From contig OZ287756.1 of assembly GCA_965649765.1 (NCBI GenBank), forward strand, positions 34,906,001 through 34,970,000: a DNA stretch of 64,000 nucleotides. The letters run 5' to 3'. The notes under the pieces were generated by a model. The model did not search any database. It worked only from the letters and a program-made list of their open reading frames with translations, and was not told where the DNA came from. Numbering within the stretch: position 1 is the first letter of the stretch; each line of letters begins with the position of its first letter. This DNA comes from Bispira polyomma. Its lineage: Eukaryota. Of this stretch, positions 24,959 to 38,150 are shown piece after piece. Made by a program: the position numbers and the translations under genes.

Positions 24959-27900
24959 TCTACATATACAATGCTGTTATTTACTGTGGAATTAAAATTT
25001 GTGTATTGAATTAATTTATTTGCAAAGTTTATTTAAATTTAACTACAGTCAGATAATTTTATGTTGATGTATATTTTAAGTGGTGTTTTTTAGAATTTGG
25101 GCAAAAAATAATTGGGGAAAAATTACTGCAGGTTGAAAATCTGGGCGAAAATGACTTAGCCAAAAATGAGGACCATTGTTTAAGTTAAACCATTTAACCT
25201 TTATGTTTAATCTTTGTGCTAGATGCTATTGATCATTTTAAATGAATGTCAGTGATTTATTTATTGTCTTCGAACCTAAACTTAAACTAGTAAATCAATT
25301 TTCTTGCATATAAATCAGGTGTCATGTTTAGCACACAATACATTGGTTGTTTCTTTGTGATTGTTTTTATTTCATTAAAAACCCATATATTTCTATAGAT
25401 ATTATAAGTGAGATGAATATATATATATATATATATAAAAGTAGTTAGTGAAGTCATTGGAGTATATAAAGTGATGTGTATTATTATGGACTGATTTGTG
25501 ACACTCTTATATCTACCATTGTTACCTGATGATGTAAAACGTCAATTATAATCATAAAAAAGGAATCTGATACAGAGTTAAAAAGGTGTCAGGAATCAAA
25601 AAGAATAGGCAATTGAATAGTCACATTAAAGAATGTAATGTTATGTCACAATATGAGTTTGGTGGAATTTATTGATATGAGCTTTGCAGTGAAATATGAA
25701 TTTGAATGAGCTATTTCAATAAATGCTTTGAATTGATAACTTCTTTATAATATTATTAAGAAAAGAAAGTCTTGACATGTGAAAAAAATATTTTCATATT
25801 AAAATTTATACTGAACACCAAATAAACACCAGATGGATTATAATTATTTAGAACTTTTTTGTTGTTCATATTTTGAAAACTCTTTGTCAAAATTTATATA
25901 CTTGTACAACTTTACTGTAAAATTTGATATAAACAAGAATAATTTGAATATACACATATTTATCTGTACACATAAAGGGCCCACATTTCAGCCCATTCTC
26001 TGATAATCAGCGTACAGTCTTAGGTTATATAGTTTAATATATTTTTTAATTGTGATATGGCCAAGGCTGTTTGTACCCCATTACCCCCACACAGAGCCAG
26101 TATGTCTCAAAAACCTCAGAAACCTTAAACTCAAAGTCAAACTTAAACTCAAACTCAACTACCATATGTATAGATTTATAATTGAAATAACCTACACTTG
26201 TAATTCATTTTAATAGAGTTTTTAGCTAGGAACTCAAAAATGTAGTCACAGTTTAGATATTTCTATTGTACAGGAAGATAGAGCAGGACAGATTCTAAGA
26301 TTATTGTGTAAGTATTAAGTTCTAACTTCTAAGATCCTTCATAAAAATACTAGGCCCAGATTTACAAAGAAACCTTGTCATATAATGGACATCTTGCTAA
26401 AAAGTCTCACCATTACAACTGCATAAAGTAACATACCTAAATAGATGTATGTCTTTATGCTAATCTGTTGTAAAACTATATGTTTTACATACATTTTGTC
26501 ATAAACATAAGCTAGAATTATATAAAAAGAAAAATATTTTAAAGATCTAAAAATATATGCTTTTTGTTAACCATAGTTTCTCCTTGGAAATGTGACTTAA
26601 ATAAGTCACCCTTAGAAAAATACAACAATGTAATTCTTTTATTTTTTGTGTGTGTGGGGTTTAATTGTAAATCATTTCCCATGATTTATAGGTTTGAGCT
26701 CTATAATTAATAGTGTATTAAAGGACCTTAGTAAACTCTTCACAACAGTAGTTATTGTAGGTGATAAGAACTGACCAGTAGAAAATAATGAGGAGTATCA
26801 AGGACAGCTTCATGTAAACCCTCTTTATCATGTAACTTGAAGTGTTCTCATGGCTTTAAGTTAATTCTTAAACTAAAACTCGCATATAAGTCACATAAGC
26901 TATACATGTTAAATGTATTTTAGAAAATTTGGTTTACAATGATGTATATATAGTTGGATGAATTTGAATGAAATTTAGTCATGTTGAAGTATTTCACAGC
27001 TCAAGTAAATGCTTAAAGTGAGTTTTTTTGTACTTAATGTTACCCTGGAATATAATGTATAAGTCAGGATGGACAGTAATATTGTGAAGATGTTATTTAA
27101 TTTTTAAAGATATCATTATAACAAAATCAAGCGGGTTATTTTGAATAATGTATATGTTAAAAAAGTATCAAAAGTAAAAGATCAATGTTAAATCTCTTAA
27201 AACGCTCTATTTTAACCTATTATTCACAAAGCTAAAGAAAACATAAATAAACTTACCATTGGAAGAGAAGTGTTAAAATTTGATTGAAATATTAAGGTCA
27301 ATATACTTGCTTCAAAGCCTATTTTGCTTGCTTTATTCACTGACATAATAACACTGAAAGGTGTATAATTTACTCGGGACATTAGTGGAGAAATGATTGC
27401 ACCAGGGATGCAAACCAGAAAGGTCAGTGGGCACGGGCTTTAACAATACACATACATGTACATGCATAGTCCACTACTTCACTGATGTTTAGACTGACAC
27501 TGAAAAGGAAAATTAACCTTGGGAAGGTAGAATATTAAAACAGGGAAACCCTCTCTCTGAAGATTTATGCTAGCCTTGCAGTAGGCTGAAGTATGTGTTA
27601 CAGCCTCACTTCATTTGGAACGTTTTCAAATATGTGGTCTCCCGTGGCTTAGAGTTTAAGACAGTTCTTCTGGTGATTGATTCATGTTGTATTGTAGTTT
27701 GCACTTTTAACGTGACTTATTAATGCAAGGCATTTGCTAAAGCATAACAACAGAATCAATTAACTGAAGTTATTAAATAAGTCAAAAAAAATAATAACCC
27801 AAGGTCATAAAGAAGGCTGTGGGGGTGTACAGGGCATGGCATATATATTTTGCATAAAATAATATTAAACTTTTATAATGACTAAGAAATACTTGAAAAT

Positions 27901-28819
27901 ATTAAACTAATTAATTACCACATTACTCAAAGCTAATTAATTACTGATATGAAGGTTATTAATTACTAAGGGTGTATCCCAGTACGGCCATGGTCTGTCA
28001 TCTTAAAATAGGGGATTAAGATTCAAAGAAGCAACCGTATTAATTGCTAGCAATAAAGCCTATGTAAAAGTCATGAAATCGCAGTTTCAAATGGGATTTA
28101 TGGAGACAGTAATGGTCAATTGTAAATGGTACAATCGTACATTGTAAGATGTTACACAGTGAAACCCCAATTTTCTGACCTTCTATTATCTAAACATTCG
28201 ATTTGATGAACTCATTTCCACTCTCCCAAATTTATGTTTTTGCTATTGTTTTATATAAAAATTCTCTTCTATTTTTTACAGACCTTCTCTTATCCAAATA
28301 ATAACTTTTTCTCCAAACATGTTCTAATAATAAATATTTTTTATGTACTGCACTTCTGGAGACATAGACTTTGGCAAGGCTAGGCTGGTGCTATTTGAAA
28401 GTTTAGGAAGCCTAATATTTCAAAGGGGATCGTCAGTCGATCTGTGTTTTGTTTCAAAATTGAGCAAATTGCAAGTTGTTGTAAGTGGTGTGAGAGGTGA
28501 AGGTTTTTGGCCCCCTGTGTACAATAAAGGAGTAATACATGGACTGTTGTTTGTAGTAACAGTGTGGGGCTTGTCTGGTGAATCAGAGAGAAAGAGGCCT
28601 GACTACAGTCTATATTAAATACATTAAACTTGTAGTTAGACCAAATAGTCAGCGGTCTATTGGCATATTCACACTGCACCAAATACAGATTTATATGTCA
28701 ATGAATTTAGCAATATACACACAAAACTAAATTTTATTTTACACTTCTAATTTTAATAGACAGACAATATATGCTTCCGAATCCAACGCACCATGTGTCA
28801 CTTTTTCCTTATATTTTAG

Positions 28820-28955
28820 ATGTTGTTTATTTTAAAAATTTTATTTTAAAAGATATTAACTGGATTAGTGAAATGTGTTTTAAAACTTTACTCATTCTTC
28901 ATTGAACTACAAGAAGCCATGCTAAAATGGGATAATAAACCGTCACTGCAGAGAG
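28820..28955 (+). CDS. Candidate host-gene exon with start codon at 28919 (MLKWDNKPSLQR, ends in phase 1)
   Basis: Acceptor TTTTTCCTTATATTTTAG, GCCATG context, donor AG|GTAAGG at 28956; no homology recognised. Confidence 0.4.
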
Positions 28956-31900
28956 GTAAGGTTCTACTTTTTAGTCGTATAAGAATTAGGAAAGAATTTA
29001 ACAAGCATTTATGGTGAAATAAAAAGTTTCATTTGTACTGTCTGTATGGCCAAACTGGATAAGCATCAGTAGACAGTTTTGATGGCTGCACCTTTAGGCT
29101 CTCAGACCCATCCACTGTTGGCACCTGAAAAAAATTTAATGTTCTTTCAAAAAAGAAGGGGAAGTTTATTGACTAAAAAAGTCACTGACACCCTGTAATT
29201 ATAGCGCATGATGCAACTTGTACTATACAGTGTATGTATGAAAAGCCTGCTTAAATTAGAGCCAAATGAGACACCAATTACAAGAAATTGAAAATAGTTG
29301 AGAATATTATTTGGGCATAAAAGGAAGAATTTGACACTTTCAGTTATGACATACAAAAGAAACAGAGGGTTTTAGGCTGGGTTTTTTACAAGTCTTTTCA
29401 AAGGAGGAGAGCTCAATTTCACAGTCAATTGTCCTGGGTTGTAGTAGCCCAAACTCTTAAAGTATTAAAAAACACCACACTATGGTGTGAGGAGCCATCC
29501 TTGTGTAATAGTTATGGTCAATTAATAGTGTGTAAAATATAACATCTGTAAGGACAATGATAATTCTAGGAGAGAATGAGAGAAAAGGTGTTCTATTCTG
29601 TGGAGTGTCAAAACTCACACTTTCAGCAGACCCTGAAATTGTCTCTTTCTATATACATGTATATTGTATTGTATTGTCTTATTGTCTGTGAGAGTTCCTA
29701 CTTTTGAGTTAAAGGGTGTCTTTTAAAGTACAAAGATAAAAGCGTTCAAGGATAAAAAAAACCCAAAACCATACTTGTCTGGATGATATACAGTAGAAAC
29801 TCTATTATCCAAACTTTTATTATCCCAATATTTAATTTTCACTTTCCCAAATTTCAGTTCTGTATATATTTATTGATTCAATGTTTAGAATCAAAATACA
29901 GTTCCTTAAATTTAATGGTTTTATATTGCATGCACTATAGAATAATACAAAACAGTAGCAAGTTTTATTGAGTCATTTGTTAAGTATTTTATTATATTTG
30001 ATAGTGTTACATGGCACAAGCTCTTCAGAACTCTGTTATATAAATATAGTAGAACCTCTATTATCCAAACATGTTGGGGTAGCAAGATTTTGTGCAGAAA
30101 ATAGAAGGTTCATAAAATAGAAGAGGCATTTTAGTGTAAACCAATAGGAAAAATGCAAATTTGGGAGAGTGAAAGTGTGATGATAAAATTGAATATTTGT
30201 ATAACAGAAGTTTAGAAAATAGCGGTTCCACTATGTAATGTGTACATGCATCTAAAGACCCTCTCAATCCCTTGTAATCATGGTGCGTTTACATCAGTTT
30301 CAGGATCAGTTTAGTTTGCATTAACATGTTAAGAATCCTTTGAAATTCACAAAATGTTCTTATTATAATGCGATGTAATTAGAATGTCATTGGCTTTTGC
30401 TTTGATAACAGAGGAGAGATATGGATACCCAAAAGGTGTGAACTATTAACACGCTACTGTCCCACATGGGCCCAGAATTACAGTCTAGTTGTCCATCGAA
30501 ATTACTATAAAAGGCGAGGGTTTTTTTGGGTGTGTAATAAACCATGAAAGACATTCAAAAAATACTAGAATGTACTGGAGTTTTCACTGATATAAAGACA
30601 CCCCAAAAATTGGCTTCCATTCAAATTACATGGTTTGTTTTGAAGTGTTATATCTGGCCATAATTCACACTAATTTCTCAGGGAAAGTCTTCAGTGATGT
30701 AAGAGTCTATTGTGTCAAATGCCCTCTAAATGTCCATTTGACCTGCTCATTCTCAAGCCCCAAAACCTGGCACATCACTCCCAAGAGATGCTTCATTAAA
30801 CCTTAGATACAACCTTAACGGATGTCCTTTTTTACTTTTAAGTTTGGGATAGTGCCTCAGGCCTTGGTATTTATCTATATTTTATGTAATAATTAGAGAT
30901 TGTGACTTTTGCTTAATTCATATTGGAATGCTGCATATAGGGACCCATTTTGTACCCCATCTGTGTAGCATTGGAGTCTATATGAAAAGACTAAGTGTCT
31001 TGTGATCTTTTTTTAAAATCCATTTTTAACTAAATGCTATTAACTAAGAGATTCCAAATGCAATATAGTGTGTGTTTCTATACAGTTGAATCCGCCTTAA
31101 GTAGAACTCTGCTAAGAACTAAAATCTAACTCTCCTAATATGTTTGGATAATATGTTTGGATAATAGAGGTTTCACTGTATTTTTAACTTGAAATGTTCT
31201 CTATAAGCTCCGACTGTTGGTTCTATGCAATCAAAGAGTAGTGCAGCTTTACCAGTGACTAATCAAAATACCCTACATTTCAGATATAGAAAACAATTTC
31301 ACCAAGTTTATCAGAGTTTTATAACCCATGAAGTATCTAACTAAGTACATAAATGCTTGGGGTATACCAATGCTTGGTTTAAATTACACTTCCATTCTCG
31401 AAGTTTGACATTCATTTGTTGAACTCAATTTAAACCCTGTAATGTTTTGAAACAGATTCCATTATCTTCTGAAGCCTCTTTTAACACTATTAATGTCTCT
31501 TCGTCCTTTAAAAGGAAAGCTGTAACAAAAAAGTGAAAACAGAGACAGGAAAGGCAAAATTTGAATATTTTGGGTTTTTAAGACAGGAAAGAAAGAGCTA
31601 TTTAAATCTCCCCCCAGGAGGATGCAATCTTCTAGTCTTTCCATTACATCAAGCTCTTGGTCTGTTATCCTAATCCCTTCCCTTTTTAGCCATGTTACCA
31701 ATGTTTCAAATCTTGTTTAATTTTTTTTCAAAGGGGAACACACCATTTACGGATTTAGCATGGGGGTTAATCCCTCCCCCCCACTGGGGGAGAAAAGAGA
31801 GTTCTTCTCCTAAAAGCAACTCTAGGGATATAATTCAGTTACTTTTCAGTGAATTTGGTAAATGGTAGACCCCCGCTTGTTTTTTCTATGTTAAGTACTT

Positions 31901-32427
31901 TACAGTAGGGGTAGGGGGGTGGGGGAGCCCCCACTTGGTGATCAGTGTAAAGTGCTACAGAGATTATTAATACATGTTGGGTGTCTTTAGTAGGTAGACA
32001 TTTCTATTTGAAAATAACACAATTAGTAACAGTGAATACTTGAAAACATAGTACAATGACGCACTCACACAGTTTTATCCCTGCCCTTCAATTTTCAACC
32101 TGTTAGTTTGTATTATTCAGCAGAAAAGAACCATGTTTTAATCAGATTTACACATGCTTATCCTGTGACTAGAGGTTTAAAATCATATTAATGTAGGTGG
32201 GGCAGACTAACAGTAGTAACCTCCTATCAAAGCTGGGCAAGTAAATCTTGTCAGTTTTTGGATGCGTTATCAGATTTTAAAAACCTGTTAAGTATCTGTA
32301 AAACCCTTTGAGCTATATAACTCTAACAATTTGACCAAGGCTTGTTTTTGTGTGTCAGGGCATTATAACTTTTCAGGTGTGGGCATATAGTTAATTATAG
32401 GTTTTAGTCTGCTATACTTATATTGTT

Positions 32428-32745
32428 ACATATGAGATGATTGATTTTTAACGCGCCTAATTGATGCTAGGCATCTTCTTTGAAGCAAATCATCATTGAC
32501 AAAGTTGTAAAACTCATAGTCCGTTTCCGAAGCAAATTTGTGACCATGGTGACGTGGATTAAGAGAAAAGTGTCTATGGAGGGGTAAGCGAGGGTGAATA
32601 GATGGGTCTTAAGGTTACTTCTAAAGCCAGAGAGGGTTTCCTGGGATCGTATATTGGTTGGTCAATCAATTTCATAGGGTAGGTACTGCAACAGAGAAGG
32701 CAAAGTATCCCATCCGTTTACTAGTCCTGGTATCAGAGACTAAAA
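32428..32745 (-). mobile_element. L2 3' fragment
   Basis: TRTSKRMGYFAFSVAVPTL (end of ORF 32672..32872) and a 3' UTR matching 20400..20708. Confidence 0.8.
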
Positions 32746-35700
32746 TTTGGAAATTCCCATGGTAAGTCTGCTGAAAGACAACAGTGAGGCAAGATATGGG
32801 GGCTAACAAAAAGGGGGCAAATGGTACGGGGAGGACAAATCGACGGGGGGCAAATGATATACAATCAGCCAATGTAGCCTTTTGAGAAAATCTAATATAT
32901 ACACAGGAACCCTGTTAAGTCAAACCTGAAGGGACCATAAATATTTATTCTATTTTACAGAAATTCTACTTAACAGGGTAAATTTTAATTGTAAATTTAG
33001 CAATGGCACTTTAAAATAATGTCTAGCTAATAGGTAATTCCACTTATTAGAGTTCTACTTAAAGGGGTTTGACTGTAGATTCTTTTTGTTGATATTTTGG
33101 TACTATGGCATCTTGGCAGAGGTATGTGAGTGCTCTTCTAGTAGAAAATATCCTTTTTTTTATGTTTTCTTTCGCACTTAGTCATAAAATAGTTTGGTTA
33201 GTGTAATACATAGGTATATGTACTACTCTCACAGGAAACCAGACAAAAGTTTGGAGCAATAAGTGTGAGACATCTCAAAAGAGAAGTACAATGCTTTGTA
33301 TATACTGATATGTTTATCATTACATGAACAACTGAAGAGAACTGGCACAGCAGGAGTAAATAAAACCATTAGGGGGCACTATTTTTCCTTTTTATTTTAG
33401 TGAAAGAAATTTACATATCAAACCAATGATGTGATCAAGACATTTTGATTGCTTAGATTATTAACTATTGTGGACCTAATTATGCCTTTGATCCTGTATA
33501 ACTGTTTTATTTATTTTTTTATTTGTAGTGGTCATAATATAAATATCATTGAGCTATAATGCAATAAATAAGAGTCCCTGCTAAGCTTTAATGACACAAT
33601 TATTTGGTCTGTCTCCAACTGGGTCTTTCCTTTAAAGCACAGTGTGATATTAGACTACGTAATTATGATGTTACATGTTCATATAGAACCCAACAGTTAA
33701 TATTTGGTAAAGAAAGAAAAAGTCATTTACCATCAAGCCATGTGTTATTAAAGAAAATTATGTCAATGTTTTTTTTAAAGCAAGATTTAACACCTATCCC
33801 TGTGCAGGAACTGTCAAATTTCCCAAATCATCTTAAAATTGTGTCAAAAGAAGAATGTGTCTAGTTTTGTTAAGTTGTTTTACTGAGAAAGTGAACTACA
33901 CTTAGTCAACCCATAATGACAATGAGAAATATGCCTCTTTTTTTTTTTAGGCAGGATTTCTACTTTACAAAGTAGATTTTTGCAAGATTTTACAAACCCA
34001 CTTTTACTCTAAGTTTTTTTTTCCTATTGTTTTGTACTAAAATACCTTTTCTATTTTATTAACTGTCTAATCAAACAAAATCTTGCTCTCCCAAAATGTT
34101 TGGATAATAGAGGGTTCTACTGTAACTATTTCTAAAGAGCTTGTGTCATTTAACAATATTAAATTTAATAAAATAATAATTAACGACTTAACAAAACTTC
34201 ACATTGTTTTATGTAGTGTTATTCCATAGTGCATGCAAGATAAAACCATTAAAACCAAAAAATTGGGATCCAGAGTATTGTATTACTGTACTAGCATATA
34301 GTTCAAAAACCATAACAAAATTCCTGTCTGACTGGTATTATTTATGTACAAAGATACAGTTTGTGCAAATATTAGATGTTAGCCTGTTAAGTGATATTTT
34401 TTATTATTCCATCAAAGTTTTTGTACATATTTATGTAAGTATATGTTTAATGAAATTTTTTTTGGTAAAATTGGGAGAGTGGAAGTGTGTGTTCCTAAAA
34501 TTGAGAGATATTCAGATAATAGAAGTTTTACTGCAACAGTAATTAAAGAATTTAAATGACACATCAACCACTTTCAGCATCTCTCCAGTGAAAAATCAGG
34601 AAATCGTATCATGCTGAGCCTCCCTTTGATATTGATATGGCCTTTTAGCTTTCTAGACATATCTGATGTACTCACAAAACCTCCCAGCACTTTGGATTAT
34701 TACGTCATACTGTTTTAATATTGCTTTTTCAAGTTTATGTAAGATATTAAATAAAAGTCTGCAACTCTATGAAATGCTCATATATTCTCATATTTTTGAT
34801 TACATAATGTATGGGTTTTTCGTTTGCAAAGTTTATGTCATATATATTAGCTAGCCCCATGTAGATTGATTTAAAAATGTGAAAGTAGTTTTAAGGCTGT
34901 TTGAAGTCTGAAGTCATAGTACAGTAAGTAGTGGGGGTCATGGTATTAAATTTGGAGTAATTGGTTTTAGTCACATTTCTGATTAGATCACAGTCTCTTT
35001 AGAAGGTTAAATATTTTACTGTTGTGCCCTTTTATCATTTCATATTTAAATTTAAAAGTGCAGCATTGCATAATTACTATTTCCTGTATTATTTTCTTAT
35101 TATATTATTTTTCCAAAAGTTCAAAATTTACTGTAAAACTATAATAACTACCTCTTTTATCTGAACAGTTTGAAAACATATTTTATTTGGATAATAGAAG
35201 GTTCATAAAATATAAGAGGCATTTCAAAGAAGAAAAAAAAACTACAAAAATATAGAAAATGAGTTCTTTAAATCAAATATTTGGATAATAGAAGTGCAGA
35301 CAATGAAGGTTTTGTTACTGTACTAAAGCTAAGAAGTAAAATCATTGACTAAATGACACCTAATGTACTTGTAAAATGTATATATTTTAGCTGTAAACAA
35401 GGCTCACCTGGTAGTTAATATTCCTTTGATCTTATGAAGTTTTGCTAATCCCCCAAAATACTAGCACTTAATTACAAAATAACAGGTTCTTATTTACTAT
35501 CAACAGATATTTGTCAAGTACTTGTTGAATACTATAAAACTCACAGAACAATGAGAAACTTTGATACTTTATATTCCAGCATAAGTTAATCAATGTATGA
35601 CAAATATGATGTAATAAGAATTAGCTCTTAGATTTCAGGTATTAGCGGGTAATTAGCTTATATATATGAATCACAAGATTTCCTTCTACTTTGAAGAAAT

Positions 35701-35837
35701 ACTCAGTATATCTAGACTTAAACAAGAACTATAGACAGGACACCTTGTGAGGTAGAGGTTTCCTCAAGTCCAGGCCACTTGACACCAAGGGGTAATTCAC
35801 CTGTCTGATTTTTTACTTCAAACTTTTGTATTTCTAG

Positions 35838-35907
35838 CAATGTTCCAGCAGCAGTCAGTCATTTGTACAGAGGAATGCAGTAAGAATAGGACAAATTCAC
35901 AAACAAG
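35838..35907 (+). CDS. Candidate internal exon, 70 nt (phase 1 to phase 2)
   Basis: Acceptor CTTTTGTATTTCTAG, donor AAG|GTATGT; open in the frame set by the 28919 ATG: AMFQQQSVICTEECSKNRTNSQT. Confidence 0.45.
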
Positions 35908-37902
35908 GTATGTTTGGTTTTAATTCTAGAGAAAAGTTAACTGTTTTGTACTTACTGTAAGAACGTTTACTATTATGCATGTATTGTGTTCTTACTGTAT
36001 GGTATAGAAGTATTGAAACCAACATGCCAAAGCAATATTCACACCCTGATTATCAAAATGTTGGTAATATGTAATGGATCTTTTGGCAATCAGAGATAGA
36101 GAATGTTCTCTTTTTCAGAAATATGAAATTAATTTTATGTTAAATTTTGTTTGTAGATGTTAATAATTATCAACCTGTGTGGTGTATTATATTTCTTGTA
36201 ATTATAATTGATATTATATAACTTTGTTATAATGTATCTACTGTTCATGTACCGAGAGTACAAAATAAAGATTTATTATTTTATTGATGATGATGTCTAT
36301 TTGAATGCACTACTGCTAACCTGTGCATTATAGGCATAGGGGCGCAAAATGGGTTTTCCCAAAATAATGTCCAATTTTGTTTATTTTTTTTTTGACAAAT
36401 GTCTGTATTGACAAACAGTTTCATTTACAAAATATAGTTATAATAGTATGCCATCCACAACTTTCTGTTAAAATACCAAAGTTATCGTTACTAAATGTTG
36501 GTATGCCCATATCATGGCGCCCTTGTGCCTAGGAAACTTTGTCTAATTGACAGTGGGTGGGATTAGTAAGAAGTTGACAAGACTGACTGATAGGGAGATG
36601 TGAATATGTCAATACAAAGTTCAGGAAAACCTCCATTATCCAAACTTCGATTATCCAAACATTCAATTTTATGAACTTAAATTTACTCTCCCAAATTTAG
36701 GTTTTCTTGTTGTTTCATACAGAAATGCCTCTTATATAAAAATGATATTTGGCATTAATTTAATTATAAAACAATAGAGCCTGTGTAAGTTCAATATGTA
36801 TTATCCTCAGGATTTCATTCCACAGGGTAAGCTCTAATACATGGACCTAATGAAAGAGAACCATGTTTGAAGTGTTGGGACCTCAAAATTGGTTCCACGT
36901 ACCCATAAATTCAAAACTCAATCAGTTGTACTTATTCAAATCTGCTGTATTATAATGATTTAATTATCAAATGTAAATCAAAAGTGTAGGGCACATTACC
37001 ATGCAAGAATAGCCAAATTTGCAATAGCCAAATTTGAAGTGTCTTCATTGACAATTTTACTCAGTACTTGCAATATTTGAATCTAAAATGTTCATTAAGC
37101 TTGTAAATTTATTTCAATAACTTTTGTAAATCTGATGTTTTTGTTCTACATTTATTTACACTTGTAGGTGGATTTAATTGTTCTTTGTTTTCAATTACAA
37201 TTTTCCATTATTAAGTATACAATCTAGGACATACTGTAGTTTTAACTGCTTAATAAAGATAGATTTGATAACTTGCATTGAAGACTCAGTTGGTTTATAA
37301 CAAATACAAAAGTATAAAAGTGGTAATTTGATTTATTTGGATTTTTTTGGTTAGAAAAGTCTATAAATATTTCAGCAACCTAATTTCATGATAAGTAGAA
37401 TATTTAAACCTGTAGAATTTTTCTATACCTGCCATTCAATGCCAGACATTAATTGTGATGAACTTGTTGAGAAGAGACAGAAAGAGACCCTTTTGTGAGG
37501 AGGATCTTTGAATTCTTCAAAAAAAAAAAGATGTGATGTGTGCCATTTTTAACTAACTAGCCCCATAGAATGTAAACAATCAGTTAAATATAAAAGTTCC
37601 AACACTGGGTCACTCGCACACAAGCTTGTCAGAGTAATGACCATAGGATGACCATAGGCTTGTGGACAATTGCTTGAATGTGGTCAAGACATGCGAACAT
37701 TGTTTAAGAAGTGTGTGTCACTGGGAAATGACCGCGAGGTGACCAAAGGGAGGGCTGTGTGCGTCCACTAGTGTCCACCAGATAATGGGTCCCACTTCCT
37801 CTGTGATTTTTAAATGTAGTAGTGGGTAGAAGAGTGGTGTGACAATGGTGTGGCCATTTCCAGGAAACTTGACCAGTTGAAAAAACCCTCATCACTTCTT
37901 TC

Positions 37903-38150
37903 TTTTTGCATGATTATGCCAATGCTTATTGGCATAATCATGCTTTCCCAGAGATAGGGGGGCGGGGGGGGGGGGGGGGTTGAAAGGGGGGGGGGGGGTT
38001 TATAGTGGAAGAAAGATGGTAACCATGGTTATATCATCGTCAAATTCTGTAGACAGGGTAATCTCAGAACTTACAAGGATTTCAGCTTTCATATTTGGCA
38101 TACATAATGATTCTGTTCCAGTGACGATTCATTTGTAATTTGGTGTTAAT
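37903..38150 (+). mobile_element. Helentron-associated (HINE/DINE-1-like) element 5' end
   Basis: T-run, perfect 16-bp hairpin (37908..37943), simple G tract, then ...ATCTCAGAAC...GGATTTCAGCTTTCATATTTGGCATACAT, resembling HINE cores; no matching 3' end found. Confidence 0.5.

Noticed and set aside
31462-31701. ORF containing ILLGGDLNS, like the GDFN motif of LINE endonucleases
   Set aside because: A single short motif with no other endonuclease motifs readable nearby.
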